A model generated the notes under the pieces. It saw only the letters and a list, made by a program, of their open reading frames with translations. It had not been told where the DNA came from and ran no database searches. A stretch of 64,000 nucleotides of DNA, taken from assembly GCA_903860135.1 (NCBI GenBank), contig CAIOPG010000017.1, positions 139,364 through 203,363 of the forward strand, read 5' to 3'. Source of the DNA: Candidatus Omnitrophota bacterium. Lineage in GTDB: Bacteria > Omnitrophota > Gorgyraeia > Zapsychrales > Fredricksoniimonadaceae. The position numbers were made by a program, and so were the translations under genes. Every line of letters begins with the position of its first letter. The stretch's first letter is position 1. Positions 20,001 to 28,843 of the stretch are shown one piece after another.

Positions 20001-20111
20001 TCTCAACGCCTGCGCCTCAGCCAAGATCGGTGTCAGTAAAAACACGACCGCCGTCAGTAAAGAACAAACGGCCTTGAAAGGAAATTTATGATGAAATAAA
20101 GGCACCATCAC
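17019..20111 (-). CDS. Secreted modular protein 1: conserved N-cap domain + GH13 alpha-amylase-family catalytic domain + conserved C-tail
   Basis: 1030 aa with a signal peptide (…LTPILAEAQA). The N-domain is shared with three paralogues (blocks WVNLSPYESDRI, GRDLLAQDYILKQFTASL, KVWIVP, LKVMLEQDY, PRKYFSGGV). GH13 conserved regions are present: DLVTNH, GIRFDMFH, IAEMYE, FLENHD. The C-tail is ...GGIDASG...AGFKPVLLTITP. Confidence 0.8.
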   Translation of the reverse strand: MMVPLFHHKFPFKAVCSLLTAVVFLLTPILAEAQALRDLPLPGTLVVTGGVYTPALVKGLRIDPQQPRKLLFMLDKGQTPEADLRENVARQARYFLTGLAVPEKEFWVNLSPYESDRIVTKTLGMTELGRDLLAQDYILKQFTASLLHPDSASGRVFWARLRAVSDRDVNVGALTDDFHKVWIVPARARVVEKGLSGVVVEARLKVMLEQDYLARAQAEGSHALNAGQEAVVQVMREVIVPVIEREVNEGARFARLRQIFQALILAKWYRQKKGAAPWRRSYLDKARLAGVAIADKAEPRKIYDTYVDAYKKGAVNLIREEKDAVSGELLPRKYFSGGVNDFGMLTPGVFSVVSGPLPAVPDVAVVDLAAEVAPVKLTHAPVIYLWHAGPTKRFDKITDEYLQGLADKGINELWTMGIWERSKFSRYYQGWAAKIFGQKQRLASAYSLDDYTVAASLGGEAAFKRLVERAAKYGIKVCVDLVTNHAGVMGKLMEEHPELFIRVEEGRIPEAEIANLSSYFRGIRKNLQESEFVRFFFWHKDKNGKSWIYAHQKDPYYAAWLDTVAFDFSKPETQVYIEALIDRIMRLTNGGGIRFDMFHLALAGRFNNSWGELKYGDMNDDFWRNLFREMKKKYPDSVFIAEMYENEEYALKLGIDFVYAKHLSLEHFVSLRRSSRMFGSLLSEGADFYMQGIIKFLENHDDIRGKRTIDEIRETTAFSWQAVTEAAPLRGGIIVRSLIEQGYVRENDQDLYLNADIPEIEAVLHKDFSDDPDEINALLSERVLKSFIARAKAANAALMAYFSGGTLINEGFETGRHAETNGKPDALNQPDAEDTWLEYPELTSFYKNLFSLMADKLWCNGTMRPALVGDQRDLPEGVLVDQRRIQNEDGSYEVGLVVVNHSGTEKTIPYINQHFQWDYLTEDEKDQMEFSDILHPEAPPVSFRDMVKERTWTLQPWEYHVYRLQKKDAKGLADQKKYGGIDASGMEVAVDRSQAASDEKVVGNEDFLLPSFAGFKPVLLTITPASSDPR

Positions 20112-20150
20112 GCGCTCCGTTTACATCGTAGAAATATCCATCCCCGTCAA

Positions 20151-23100
20151 TTATCGCACCAGCGCCGCCACGGACACCGGCACGATCTTCCCGATGCGCG
20201 GCTCAAAACCGCTCACGTCCAACTGCGCCCAAGGCTTGGCCGATACCGGTAACGGCACACCGTGGCTATCACGGCGGATCCTGAAATCCATGGTCGCTGT
20301 ATCAAGGGTGACACCACCGGGCGATGCCGCGGCGTCGGCCGACGTGCCCTCCAACGTATCGCCAGCAAACTTTCCAGTCTTTGGGGCGATCTCGTCAGCA
20401 AACGCCTCGCTGATGGTCGCCACCAGATCCGCCAGCTGGCCCTTGTTGATCAGCGGTAACGTGCCGTTCAATAATCCCGCCACAAGCTCAGGACGGGACA
20501 TATGGCTTTGATACTCAGCAAAAAGCCTGTCCCACAAAGGCCGGTATCTTTCTGTATAATAAACCCTGAAATCCCATAACCCGGTCTTCTTGAGCCTGGA
20601 CACGGTATCTGCATCCAGCTCACTTTCCAATAAATTGAAATTTACCAACGCGCCGAGAAAAGGCATGATCTTCTTTTCTCTCATGTCTTCATCAAGAACA
20701 ACCCGCGTGTAATCGATCTGCGTAGCGTGAAAAATCTTATCCAAACGGCTGGCAAGAGTATCCTGTGTTACAGGCGCCGCAGCCGATGCTTCCGGTATCA
20801 ATTGCCCAACGGCAGCGATCAGGCTTTGTGCCTGCTGAGGGACGGCAAGATAGCCTCCGTCACGTGCCGCATCACTCCTCGATAGAAAGATATAATCCTT
20901 GCCGTCGCTGTGTCGGTAAAGCACCGACAACATCCCCTGGCGCAGGTCAGCCTTGCGCACCCGGCCTTCACCAACCATGGTCGTCAGCAGACGGGCCATT
21001 TTCTGTTCCTGGGGACTGCCCTGGGCCAAAACAGCCAGCGCCAATTGTGCAGCCGGCGACGCCCTGCGCACCGGCTCACGCCGCTCGATCCAGTTGTCCG
21101 GAGCACGATGAGAATCCTTGATCCATTGCTTCAGACGCGACACAACACCCGCAAGATAATCCCTTGTCTGCTGGTAAGACCAATTCGTGCTCAACGAAGT
21201 ACCCGGCACATTATGCTGACTCTTGATGCCCACATCCCCGGATTCACCGTCAACGACATCCGCATAGTTAACCACCGTGGTATTGGCCATGGTGTTCATC
21301 AAGACCTTGTTCATGATCTCCGCGATATTGTCCTCTGTCAACTCCTCCGTAACCCCCAGCTCGCGTAAAATCTGAGCCAGCACCTTTTTACTGTTAGTCG
21401 AAAGGTTGCTGTCCCAAAGCCTTGTCGACGGATTGTCGTGGGGGGCAAGAAAAGCCATTTGGCTGGGCAACAAATTAGCCGGATGGTACGGATCACCGTT
21501 GAGCCGGTTTCTCCAGGAAGGATCCAGCGACATATACTGCAACACACTCATGCCTGGCAAAGGCAACTTGCGGAAGAACGCATCCGTCCGGGGTGTGCCT
21601 TCGCCGAGATTCTCGGCTATAAACACATCGGTCAGATCGACCTCGGGGAAAAGCTTCGCCAATTTGTCAAAGATGAGATACGGATCCAGGCCATCGTGAA
21701 TATCTCTCAAAAAATATCCCTGATCGGACGGCTTGTCCCTGGGGATAACAAAAGGATCCGCATACCCAAAGACATAATCCAGCCGAAACCGCGCCCCGGG
21801 CGACAAACGGAGGGCGTAAACGAACCTTTTAACATAAAAGTTGATCCCTTCTGCCTTGCTCAAATCCGGCGGTACATGGCCAAAGATGTCATTGCGTACG
21901 CCGGTACGCAGCGAGAACGTCCTATTTTCTGTATCATAAATGAAAACATCCGGATTCCCCCAGCAATCCGCGCTGTTAAACCGCGGATATATATTCAAAT
22001 CTTCGATAATCGGGACATGATGCTCTTGCGCAAAAGTATTCAGAGCCTCCGCCTGCTGACGTACAAGGAACTGAAAGAAATGGAAGAACCCAATTTTCTG
22101 TTGGTTCGCTATTTCAAAATCTTTCACACCAGAGGCATTAATATTAGATAGCTCATCCGGCCAGCGCGTCAAGGCCTGCTCAAATACAAGCTTGATCTTT
22201 GTCCAATTTTCATCTCCCAGGATGTTCTGCAATGCACCAAGCTTATCCCAAGATACTTTCAGCTGAACTTCGTTCAACTTGAGGGAATCAGCCATATTCA
22301 GATAGATCAGTTTTTCTGAAATATATTTCCAAATATCAGTAACACCCTCAACCTCGAGTCCGGCATGCTCAACCGAATACTGGTCAACAAGCCCCAGCCA
22401 GCCGTATTGGCTATACGTCTGGCTCAATACCTGAAACAAAGAATACGATCGCAACCAGTCCATACGTATGTCAACGCCGTCAACCGAGATAAGGCCTTCG
22501 GTATTTTCTTTGACGAATGTGTCAAACGCCTGCTGAAAAAGCGCCACCGGCCGACCGTTCGTCGGCCATACCCCGGTATTTTGCGCCTCCAGAAAATTTG
22601 CATACGCCTGACGGGCCAGTTGTTCCTTGTATCCCAGCCGATCAAAAGCAATCCGCAAAGAATGAATATCTTTAGGAACAATGACATCGTGTTGTTCCTG
22701 GGTTATAAACCCTTGCGCGACCAAGTCTTGCGGGCTAAGCAAGTTTCCGTTGAGCCCAAAGAGCCCATTACCATAATATGGATCGCCGTTATTATTCGTC
22801 CCCAGCAACGGTTCGCGTAGCCAGCCGGCACCTGCTTTTTCCAACCCCAGAATGAGGGCTCTCGCCTCCGGCCCAAGATCGCCCCCTCCGTACTCTCGCT
22901 GATCCGTCGATGCTACTGAGGGCAATGACGCAACCGGAACAAAAATCACCGTTCCGGGTACCTGCGCCTTAACGGCCGCCGCCGTCGCCTCGTTCGTCAT
23001 CGCCTTCGCCCCCGGCATCATCCTCGCCACCGATGCCGAAGGTTTTCTTTTTTCGGAGTTATCCGTCTGCGGCGCCTCCGCAAAATCCACCGCCACCGAT

Positions 23101-24254
23101 GCGCTCGCATCAGACCGTTGCGCAACACGCCCCGCAAAATCCTTTTTCTCCTTCTCCGTCGCCGGAGTCACAGCATTTACCGGCACCACTCCGCCCGACA
23201 CGTATTTCCGGGGCACCGACGCGCGACCCTGCGGATCGACCTCGTCTTTGATGTAGTTATAAACCCCGGCCTTGAAAGATGCCAGATACCGGTCATACAG
23301 CTTCTGGCGGATGGCGGGATCATCGACTTTGATCCCGGCGGCCTTGTTGCGGTCGACGTAGATCTTGCCGAGCACGCTGTCGCGCAGGGTTTTCTTGTAC
23401 CATACCGCGAGAATCATGGAATTGTAGATCTGGCGCAGGGTGGCAAAATTCTTGCCACTATTCACTTCCTTCTCGATGGCGGGGATCAGGATTTCGCGCA
23501 TGACCTGCTTGGCGAGCTCATCTTCCGGACGGGGCACAGACCCGTCCCTACCCACGCCGGCAACCTGCGCCGATTTATAATCTGATTCGAGCATGACTTT
23601 CAGGTGCTGTTCGACCACAAAGACCCTGTTGCCCTTCTCGTAGACAACCGCCTTGTCGGGCATGATCCAGACCTTGTTGAAGGTATCCAGCGGCAGGTCA
23701 GTCACCCCGGACTGTTCCTTCGCCTGGCTGTAAACCCTCTGCCAGAACGCCTTGCCCAGGTCATCTTCAGGATAGAATAATGATGCCGACAACTGCTTGA
23801 GGATATAGTCCTGCGCCAGCATATCGCGGCCCATGTCCGTCTGGCCAAGGCCTTCGCCGGTGATGCGATCCTTTTCATACGGCGACAGGTTCACCCACTG
23901 CTCTTTCTCGGGAACAGTTAAAGATGCCATGAAATATTTGACTAATTTCTCGGATTCCTGACGAAACGCATCACTGTCAAACGCAAGGCCGGAATCACCC
24001 TTATCAATGATAAAACTGAACTGAAGTGGCTTCTCAGGATGAACTTCCATGCCGATGGCCAAAGGAGGCACGTACGCCGGGGAAGGATGCACCATGACAC
24101 CCACCGGCGGCAAGCGTAAAGCCGCCAAGCCATCCGCCTGCGCCCAGGCCCTGTTGACAGGCATAAGGGTGTTGACCAGAAAGACAGCGGCTACAAAAGC
24201 CGCCACAGCACAACGCAGCCTAGAATGACGGACACAACAAAGCATCGAGGGCAT
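20151..24254 (-). CDS. Secreted modular protein 2: conserved N-cap domain + GH77 4-alpha-glucanotransferase (amylomaltase-like) domain + conserved C-tail
   Basis: 1367 aa with a signal peptide (…VNRAWAQA) and the same N-domain blocks (WVNLSPYEKDRI, GRDMLAQDYILKQLSASL, KVWIMP, LKVMLESDY, PRKYVSGGV). GH77 signatures are FFHFFQFLVRQQAEALNTFAQEHHVPIIEDL, RLDYVFGY, GMSVLQYMSLD, APHDNPSTRLW. The C-tail is ...GGVTLD...SGFEPRIGKIVPVSVAALV. Confidence 0.8.
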   Translation of the reverse strand: MPSMLCCVRHSRLRCAVAAFVAAVFLVNTLMPVNRAWAQADGLAALRLPPVGVMVHPSPAYVPPLAIGMEVHPEKPLQFSFIIDKGDSGLAFDSDAFRQESEKLVKYFMASLTVPEKEQWVNLSPYEKDRITGEGLGQTDMGRDMLAQDYILKQLSASLFYPEDDLGKAFWQRVYSQAKEQSGVTDLPLDTFNKVWIMPDKAVVYEKGNRVFVVEQHLKVMLESDYKSAQVAGVGRDGSVPRPEDELAKQVMREILIPAIEKEVNSGKNFATLRQIYNSMILAVWYKKTLRDSVLGKIYVDRNKAAGIKVDDPAIRQKLYDRYLASFKAGVYNYIKDEVDPQGRASVPRKYVSGGVVPVNAVTPATEKEKKDFAGRVAQRSDASASVAVDFAEAPQTDNSEKRKPSASVARMMPGAKAMTNEATAAAVKAQVPGTVIFVPVASLPSVASTDQREYGGGDLGPEARALILGLEKAGAGWLREPLLGTNNNGDPYYGNGLFGLNGNLLSPQDLVAQGFITQEQHDVIVPKDIHSLRIAFDRLGYKEQLARQAYANFLEAQNTGVWPTNGRPVALFQQAFDTFVKENTEGLISVDGVDIRMDWLRSYSLFQVLSQTYSQYGWLGLVDQYSVEHAGLEVEGVTDIWKYISEKLIYLNMADSLKLNEVQLKVSWDKLGALQNILGDENWTKIKLVFEQALTRWPDELSNINASGVKDFEIANQQKIGFFHFFQFLVRQQAEALNTFAQEHHVPIIEDLNIYPRFNSADCWGNPDVFIYDTENRTFSLRTGVRNDIFGHVPPDLSKAEGINFYVKRFVYALRLSPGARFRLDYVFGYADPFVIPRDKPSDQGYFLRDIHDGLDPYLIFDKLAKLFPEVDLTDVFIAENLGEGTPRTDAFFRKLPLPGMSVLQYMSLDPSWRNRLNGDPYHPANLLPSQMAFLAPHDNPSTRLWDSNLSTNSKKVLAQILRELGVTEELTEDNIAEIMNKVLMNTMANTTVVNYADVVDGESGDVGIKSQHNVPGTSLSTNWSYQQTRDYLAGVVSRLKQWIKDSHRAPDNWIERREPVRRASPAAQLALAVLAQGSPQEQKMARLLTTMVGEGRVRKADLRQGMLSVLYRHSDGKDYIFLSRSDAARDGGYLAVPQQAQSLIAAVGQLIPEASAAAPVTQDTLASRLDKIFHATQIDYTRVVLDEDMREKKIMPFLGALVNFNLLESELDADTVSRLKKTGLWDFRVYYTERYRPLWDRLFAEYQSHMSRPELVAGLLNGTLPLINKGQLADLVATISEAFADEIAPKTGKFAGDTLEGTSADAAASPGGVTLDTATMDFRIRRDSHGVPLPVSAKPWAQLDVSGFEPRIGKIVPVSVAALVR

Positions 24255-24412
24255 AAGATCAACTCACTATAAAAGTATTATTAATGGGAACTGTTAGAAA
24301 TATAACACGTAAAATAACGAAAAGCTAATACCGGCAACAAATACCGGTTAACAGACATAAGCGTTGTTATTTTGCGGCCCTTCGCATTGCCTCAATGAGC
24401 CTTCCGACCGCT

Positions 24413-26395
24413 TCAAACACGTATCGGCAGAATAACAAACGGGATCCCGCTCTGGTAAAACTTGCGCTGCAGGGCGAATACGGTTTCATTGTGCAGCCAG
24501 CGGGTCCAGATCGTTTCTTTGGGGAATACCAGCTGTCCGCCGAAAATAACAGCCTGCGGGAACCGCTTGGAAATAACAGCGATCACCTTGCCCGCTTCTT
24601 CGAGGATATCCACCCCCATATGCGCCATACCCTCGGCGTAAAAACCCTGCTCGCTCATAAAACGGATATACCGTGCCAGATCCTTGTCCACCTTGGTTTG
24701 CAGGTTGACCACCTCGGCCGCACCTTTAAAATTCCCCGCGTCAATGATCCCGACCTGCACAAAAACAAAATTCCGGAACTCTTTGCCGAAAAAACGCCTG
24801 ATATTAAAAAGCGTGTGCAGGCCAAGCCCGTTAAACCCGCCCACCAGAATGACCGCGGTCCGTGCATGCGGATCAAAAGGCACCGGCTCAAGGGTCACCA
24901 CCGGCGTGATCGTTGTCGCATGGACAAGCGTGTTCAGCCGGTGCAGCATCTTGGCGACCTTGTAATAATGACGCTTGATGAAGATCGCCAGCCCCACCAG
25001 CGACCCGGTCACAAACAGGGTGATCCACCCGCCCTCATTAAATTTGATGAAAATAACTGAACACAGAATGAATGTGGTAAGCAACAAGCCGGCGCCACTG
25101 ACCACGATCCGCCGTTTCCAGTGATCAGCCCCCTGACGCTGACTCCACCAGTGAAAGACCATGCCCAGCTGGGACAAGAAGAACGTGATGAACACATTGA
25201 TGCTGTAAAAAATGATAAGGAGCTGAACCTTGCCATGGGCCAGCACCATGATCACAAGGGCCGCTCCACCCATAATAAGGATGCCATTCTGGGTGACCAG
25301 CCGGTCGCTCAGGTTGGCGAATTTCCCGGGGAACCAGCGGTCGATCGCCATGCTCGCCAAAACCCTCGGCCCGCCCAGAAAGCCGGTCTGCGCCGCCACA
25401 AACAGGATGAACGCTTCCGAAAGGAGCGTGGTGATCAAAAAGACAGGTCCCCATTGCCCCCAGTCCTGCGTTATGGCTTCAAACAGGACCGCGTTCAACG
25501 TCTTGCCATCGTGCGGCACAACCTGAAAAAGCAAATACGCGACCATCAAACCAAAAACCGTGAACGCCAGCGACCAGGCCATATAGCTCATGGTCCGCTT
25601 GCCCGTCGCGACTTTTGGCTCCCTTAAAATAGCAAGCCCATTGCTCACCGCCTCAATACCTGTATAGGTTCCCGCGCCAAGGCTATAGGAACGCAGCAAT
25701 AGAAGGATCATCCCGAACAGGCCGATCTGAGCCGATGCCGCCTTGGCCTCCGAAGCCGCCTGGGCCACCACCACAGGAAACTGCCCGGCATGGGTCACAA
25801 ACGCATAGACAATGATGAACGCATGTGTGACCAGAAAAACCACGAAGATCGGGATCAGCGGCCCCACCGTTTCCTTGACCCCGCGCATATTCAAGATCGT
25901 CAACAGCACGACCCCAAAGACCGCAACATAAATTTTGATGACCTGATATTCCGGTGGGATAAAGCTAAAGATGGCATCGGTCCCGCTGGCCACCGACAGG
26001 GCGATCGTCAAAACATAATCAATGATGAGCGCACAGCCGGATATCATCCCGACGGTAGGATTGAGCAATTTGCTCGCGACCAGATAACCGCCGCCGCCCG
26101 ACGGAAAAAGCTCGATGATCTGTGAATAGCTCGCGCTGATGAGAAAAACCGTCCCCACCGTAGCGAGCGCCACGAACACACTCAAATAGGTATGCCCCTG
26201 CAAGGCTACAAACGCCGCTTCGGGGCCGTAACACGACGATGAAAGCCCGTCCGCCCCAAGGCCGATCCAGGCCAGGAACGCGATCAGGGATAATTGATGA
26301 AAAACCTCACGGTCCAACGGGCTTTTAGCCTGCCCGATAAGAATATTCTTGATCTGTTTCAGCCATGACGTCATAGCTTTGTCTCCACGCGCCAA
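24413..26395 (-). CDS. APC-superfamily amino-acid permease with extended cytoplasmic C-terminal domain
   Basis: 660 aa. The first ~440 aa are polytopic with APC-type glycine-rich TM helices (FPSGGGGYL...), followed by a ~200-aa soluble C-domain. Confidence 0.65.
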   Translation of the reverse strand: MARGDKAMTSWLKQIKNILIGQAKSPLDREVFHQLSLIAFLAWIGLGADGLSSSCYGPEAAFVALQGHTYLSVFVALATVGTVFLISASYSQIIELFPSGGGGYLVASKLLNPTVGMISGCALIIDYVLTIALSVASGTDAIFSFIPPEYQVIKIYVAVFGVVLLTILNMRGVKETVGPLIPIFVVFLVTHAFIIVYAFVTHAGQFPVVVAQAASEAKAASAQIGLFGMILLLLRSYSLGAGTYTGIEAVSNGLAILREPKVATGKRTMSYMAWSLAFTVFGLMVAYLLFQVVPHDGKTLNAVLFEAITQDWGQWGPVFLITTLLSEAFILFVAAQTGFLGGPRVLASMAIDRWFPGKFANLSDRLVTQNGILIMGGAALVIMVLAHGKVQLLIIFYSINVFITFFLSQLGMVFHWWSQRQGADHWKRRIVVSGAGLLLTTFILCSVIFIKFNEGGWITLFVTGSLVGLAIFIKRHYYKVAKMLHRLNTLVHATTITPVVTLEPVPFDPHARTAVILVGGFNGLGLHTLFNIRRFFGKEFRNFVFVQVGIIDAGNFKGAAEVVNLQTKVDKDLARYIRFMSEQGFYAEGMAHMGVDILEEAGKVIAVISKRFPQAVIFGGQLVFPKETIWTRWLHNETVFALQRKFYQSGIPFVILPIRV

Positions 26396-26535
26396 TGCTG
26401 ACAGCTTTTACTTTGCGTCTTCATCTGCCTCTCCCGTATAGCTCTGGCATGAGTTTAAAAAAAAGCCCATCCTGTAAAAGGACGGGCTTTGGAAACTTAT
26501 CGATCAACAAGCCTGCAATCAGATAAACCGCTTAA

Positions 26536-26708
26536 TTAGCGGCTGCTGCCCTTGCGCTTGGAGAAACAATCCTTACAATAAACCGGACGATCCCCTGTCG
26601 GCTTGAAAGGAACTTCGCTCTCTTTGCCGCAATCAGCACACGTTGCTTTGTGCATTTCGCGAGGACGACCATCATATTTACCAGCACCACCACCATATTG
26701 AAAACCCA
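26536..26708 (-). CDS. Small CxxC-x17-CxxC zinc-ribbon protein, apparently frameshifted right after the start codon
   Basis: SD GGAGGT then ATG at 26706-26708, but the zinc-ribbon frame (YGGGAGKYDGRPREMHKATCADCGKESEVPFKPTGDRPVYCKDCFSKRKGSSR*) is -1 relative to that ATG across a TTT/AAA homopolymer. Below the ORF-track length cutoff. Confidence 0.45.
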
Positions 26709-26822
26709 TAATACCTCCGATGATTTAATTTTTAACTTAGAAACATCATACTTCTTTAATCAAAATATGACAAGCGATATAAAATAATAAAAAATTCATG
26801 CCGATAAAAGGCAGGAGCCTGT

Positions 26823-27482
26823 TTACCGGAGGAATAACTGGGCGAAGGCCGATGTGTAGATATTGGACGACACTTGAGATAATGTTTTAAAGAAATCCAC
26901 AAAGGAAAAACCGTTCACGGACAGGTTTAATAGAAGCGCCATCAAAAAAACATCAATGATGAAAATAAGCGCCATGCCGAAGAAATAATCGGGCTTGCCG
27001 GCGGTTGAATCTTTTTTATAAAGATCCTGGGCGGTGAGGATGATGTGCATGGTAAACGAAAAAGCAATGACCACAAAGAAAATAGGCGCCAGCTCATCGT
27101 GGGCGCCCATCTTGCCGGTCAAATGAACGACCGCATACGCGATAACGAGCAATAGCGTATAAATAGGAATAACATAAGGCGCAAAATTCATCAGGGGTTT
27201 AAGGAACTGAAAGCAAGCTCCCACCATGCTCTGGCCGTACTTGTAAACAACATCAAAATCATAAATAAAGAATTTCATCAGCACATAAGCGACCATGCCC
27301 TGAAAGATCGCCTGCTGGAAAGGCGGGGCCAGATGATGGATCTCGCCTTCGAGCGCCACCACGGTTCCCATCACCAGCGGTAACAACAGGACAGCAAAGA
27401 CAAATTTGAAGAAAAAAAGAACCCTGGCTCCAAAACCTGTGGTTTTACTTTTATTGTCTTCCATATCAAAACACCTTTCCAC
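26823..27482 (-). CDS. Hypothetical polytopic membrane protein
   Basis: 219 aa with about five hydrophobic helices and no recognised family; lies upstream of serS. Confidence 0.5.
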   Translation of the reverse strand: MERCFDMEDNKSKTTGFGARVLFFFKFVFAVLLLPLVMGTVVALEGEIHHLAPPFQQAIFQGMVAYVLMKFFIYDFDVVYKYGQSMVGACFQFLKPLMNFAPYVIPIYTLLLVIAYAVVHLTGKMGAHDELAPIFFVVIAFSFTMHIILTAQDLYKKDSTAGKPDYFFGMALIFIIDVFLMALLLNLSVNGFSFVDFFKTLSQVSSNIYTSAFAQLFLR

Positions 27483-28755
27483 GTACAGGCGTAATCACCT
27501 TAAGGCCGTGCATATACGGCTGAAGCACGTCAGGAACCGCAATGGTTCCATCAACCTGCTGGTAATTCTCAATGATCGCGATCACGGTGCGCGGCGTCGC
27601 CACTCCCGAGCCATTTAAGGTATGCACAAACGCCGGCTTCTTCATGTCCTTGCCTTTATAACGGATATTCGCCCGGCGCGCCTGGAAATCCTCAAAATTG
27701 GAACAGCTTGACGCTTCCAGCCATTTGTCGATGCCTGGGGCGTAAACTTCAATATCGTAACACTTGGCGGCCGAAAAACTGATGTCGCCTGAGGCCAATT
27801 CCAATACACGGTACGGGATATTCAATAACTCAAATACCTTCTGGGCATTAACGACCAAGGCCTCAAGCTCCTCATAGGACGTCTCGGGCTTCACGAACTT
27901 GACCAGTTCCACCTTATTGAACTGGTGCACACGCATCAAACCGCGGGTGTCCTTGCCGTACGAACCGGCTTCACGGCGGAAACACGGCGAGTACGCCGTA
28001 TGGTAAACCGGCAATTGGGCCTCATCGAGGATCTCGTCTCGGTAAATATTGGTGACCGGCACTTCAGCGGTCGGGATCAGATAAAGGTCGTCTTCAGCCA
28101 GATGATACATATCATCCTTCATCTTGGGCAGTTGGCCGGTGCCTGTCATCGACGCGGCATTCACCAATACCGGCGGGAATACCTCGATATAACCATGCGA
28201 CTGCGTGTGCAGGTCGAGCATGAAGTTGATGAGCGCCCGCTCCAGCAGGGCTCCGGCCCTCTTGTACAGGATAAAGTTCGCGCCACTGATCTTGGTCGCG
28301 CGCTTGAAATCAATAATGTCCAACGCTTCTACCAGTTCAATGTGATCTTTGGGCTTAAAATCAAACACCCGTTGCTTGCCCCAGGTGCGTGCCACCCGGT
28401 TGTTCTGCGGGCCGCCAACCGGGATCGACGGATGCGGCAAATTAGGGATATACAGCAGGATGTCGGTGATCTTTTTTTCAAATGCGCTTAAAGGCGCCTC
28501 TAGGGCGTCAATATCGGCCGCCACGGATTTCATCGACGCAATGGCCTCTTGCGGCGGCTTCTTTTCTTTGAGGAGTTTTGTTATCTCATCATTGGCCGCA
28601 TTCTTGCGGGCACGCAGTTCATCGACCTTGACCAGAAGCCCCCGGCGCTCTTCGTCGAGCGCCAAGAGTTCATCGAGACGGCCGGCCGCATTTTTGGCCG
28701 CAAGCCCCCGGCGAACAGTTTCAATATTTTCACGGATGAATTTCATATCCAGCAT
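27466..28755 (-). CDS. serS: Seryl-tRNA synthetase
   Basis: 429 aa with an N-terminal coiled-coil arm and a class II aaRS core (…FRREAGSYGKDTRGLMRVHQF…). Confidence 0.9.
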   Translation of the reverse strand: MLDMKFIRENIETVRRGLAAKNAAGRLDELLALDEERRGLLVKVDELRARKNAANDEITKLLKEKKPPQEAIASMKSVAADIDALEAPLSAFEKKITDILLYIPNLPHPSIPVGGPQNNRVARTWGKQRVFDFKPKDHIELVEALDIIDFKRATKISGANFILYKRAGALLERALINFMLDLHTQSHGYIEVFPPVLVNAASMTGTGQLPKMKDDMYHLAEDDLYLIPTAEVPVTNIYRDEILDEAQLPVYHTAYSPCFRREAGSYGKDTRGLMRVHQFNKVELVKFVKPETSYEELEALVVNAQKVFELLNIPYRVLELASGDISFSAAKCYDIEVYAPGIDKWLEASSCSNFEDFQARRANIRYKGKDMKKPAFVHTLNGSGVATPRTVIAIIENYQQVDGTIAVPDVLQPYMHGLKVITPVRGKVF

Positions 28756-28843
28756 ACATTGTCCTTTGTCATGGGTGCTAACAAGAATATTATCGAGATT
28801 TCATTATAGCGACGGCACAAAAAGTTTCATCAAATTTTCTCAT

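Noticed and set aside
17019-24254. Considered whether the shared C-terminal tails are exosortase/archaeosortase sorting signals (PEP-CTERM, GlyGly-CTERM, LPXTG) or T9SS C-terminal domains.
   Set aside because: The tails lack the hydrophobic TM segment plus basic cluster and the motif tripeptides of exosortase/archaeosortase signals, and have no LPXTG. A T9SS CTD is not excluded by sequence alone, but nothing else in the window (composition, gene content) suggests Bacteroidota.
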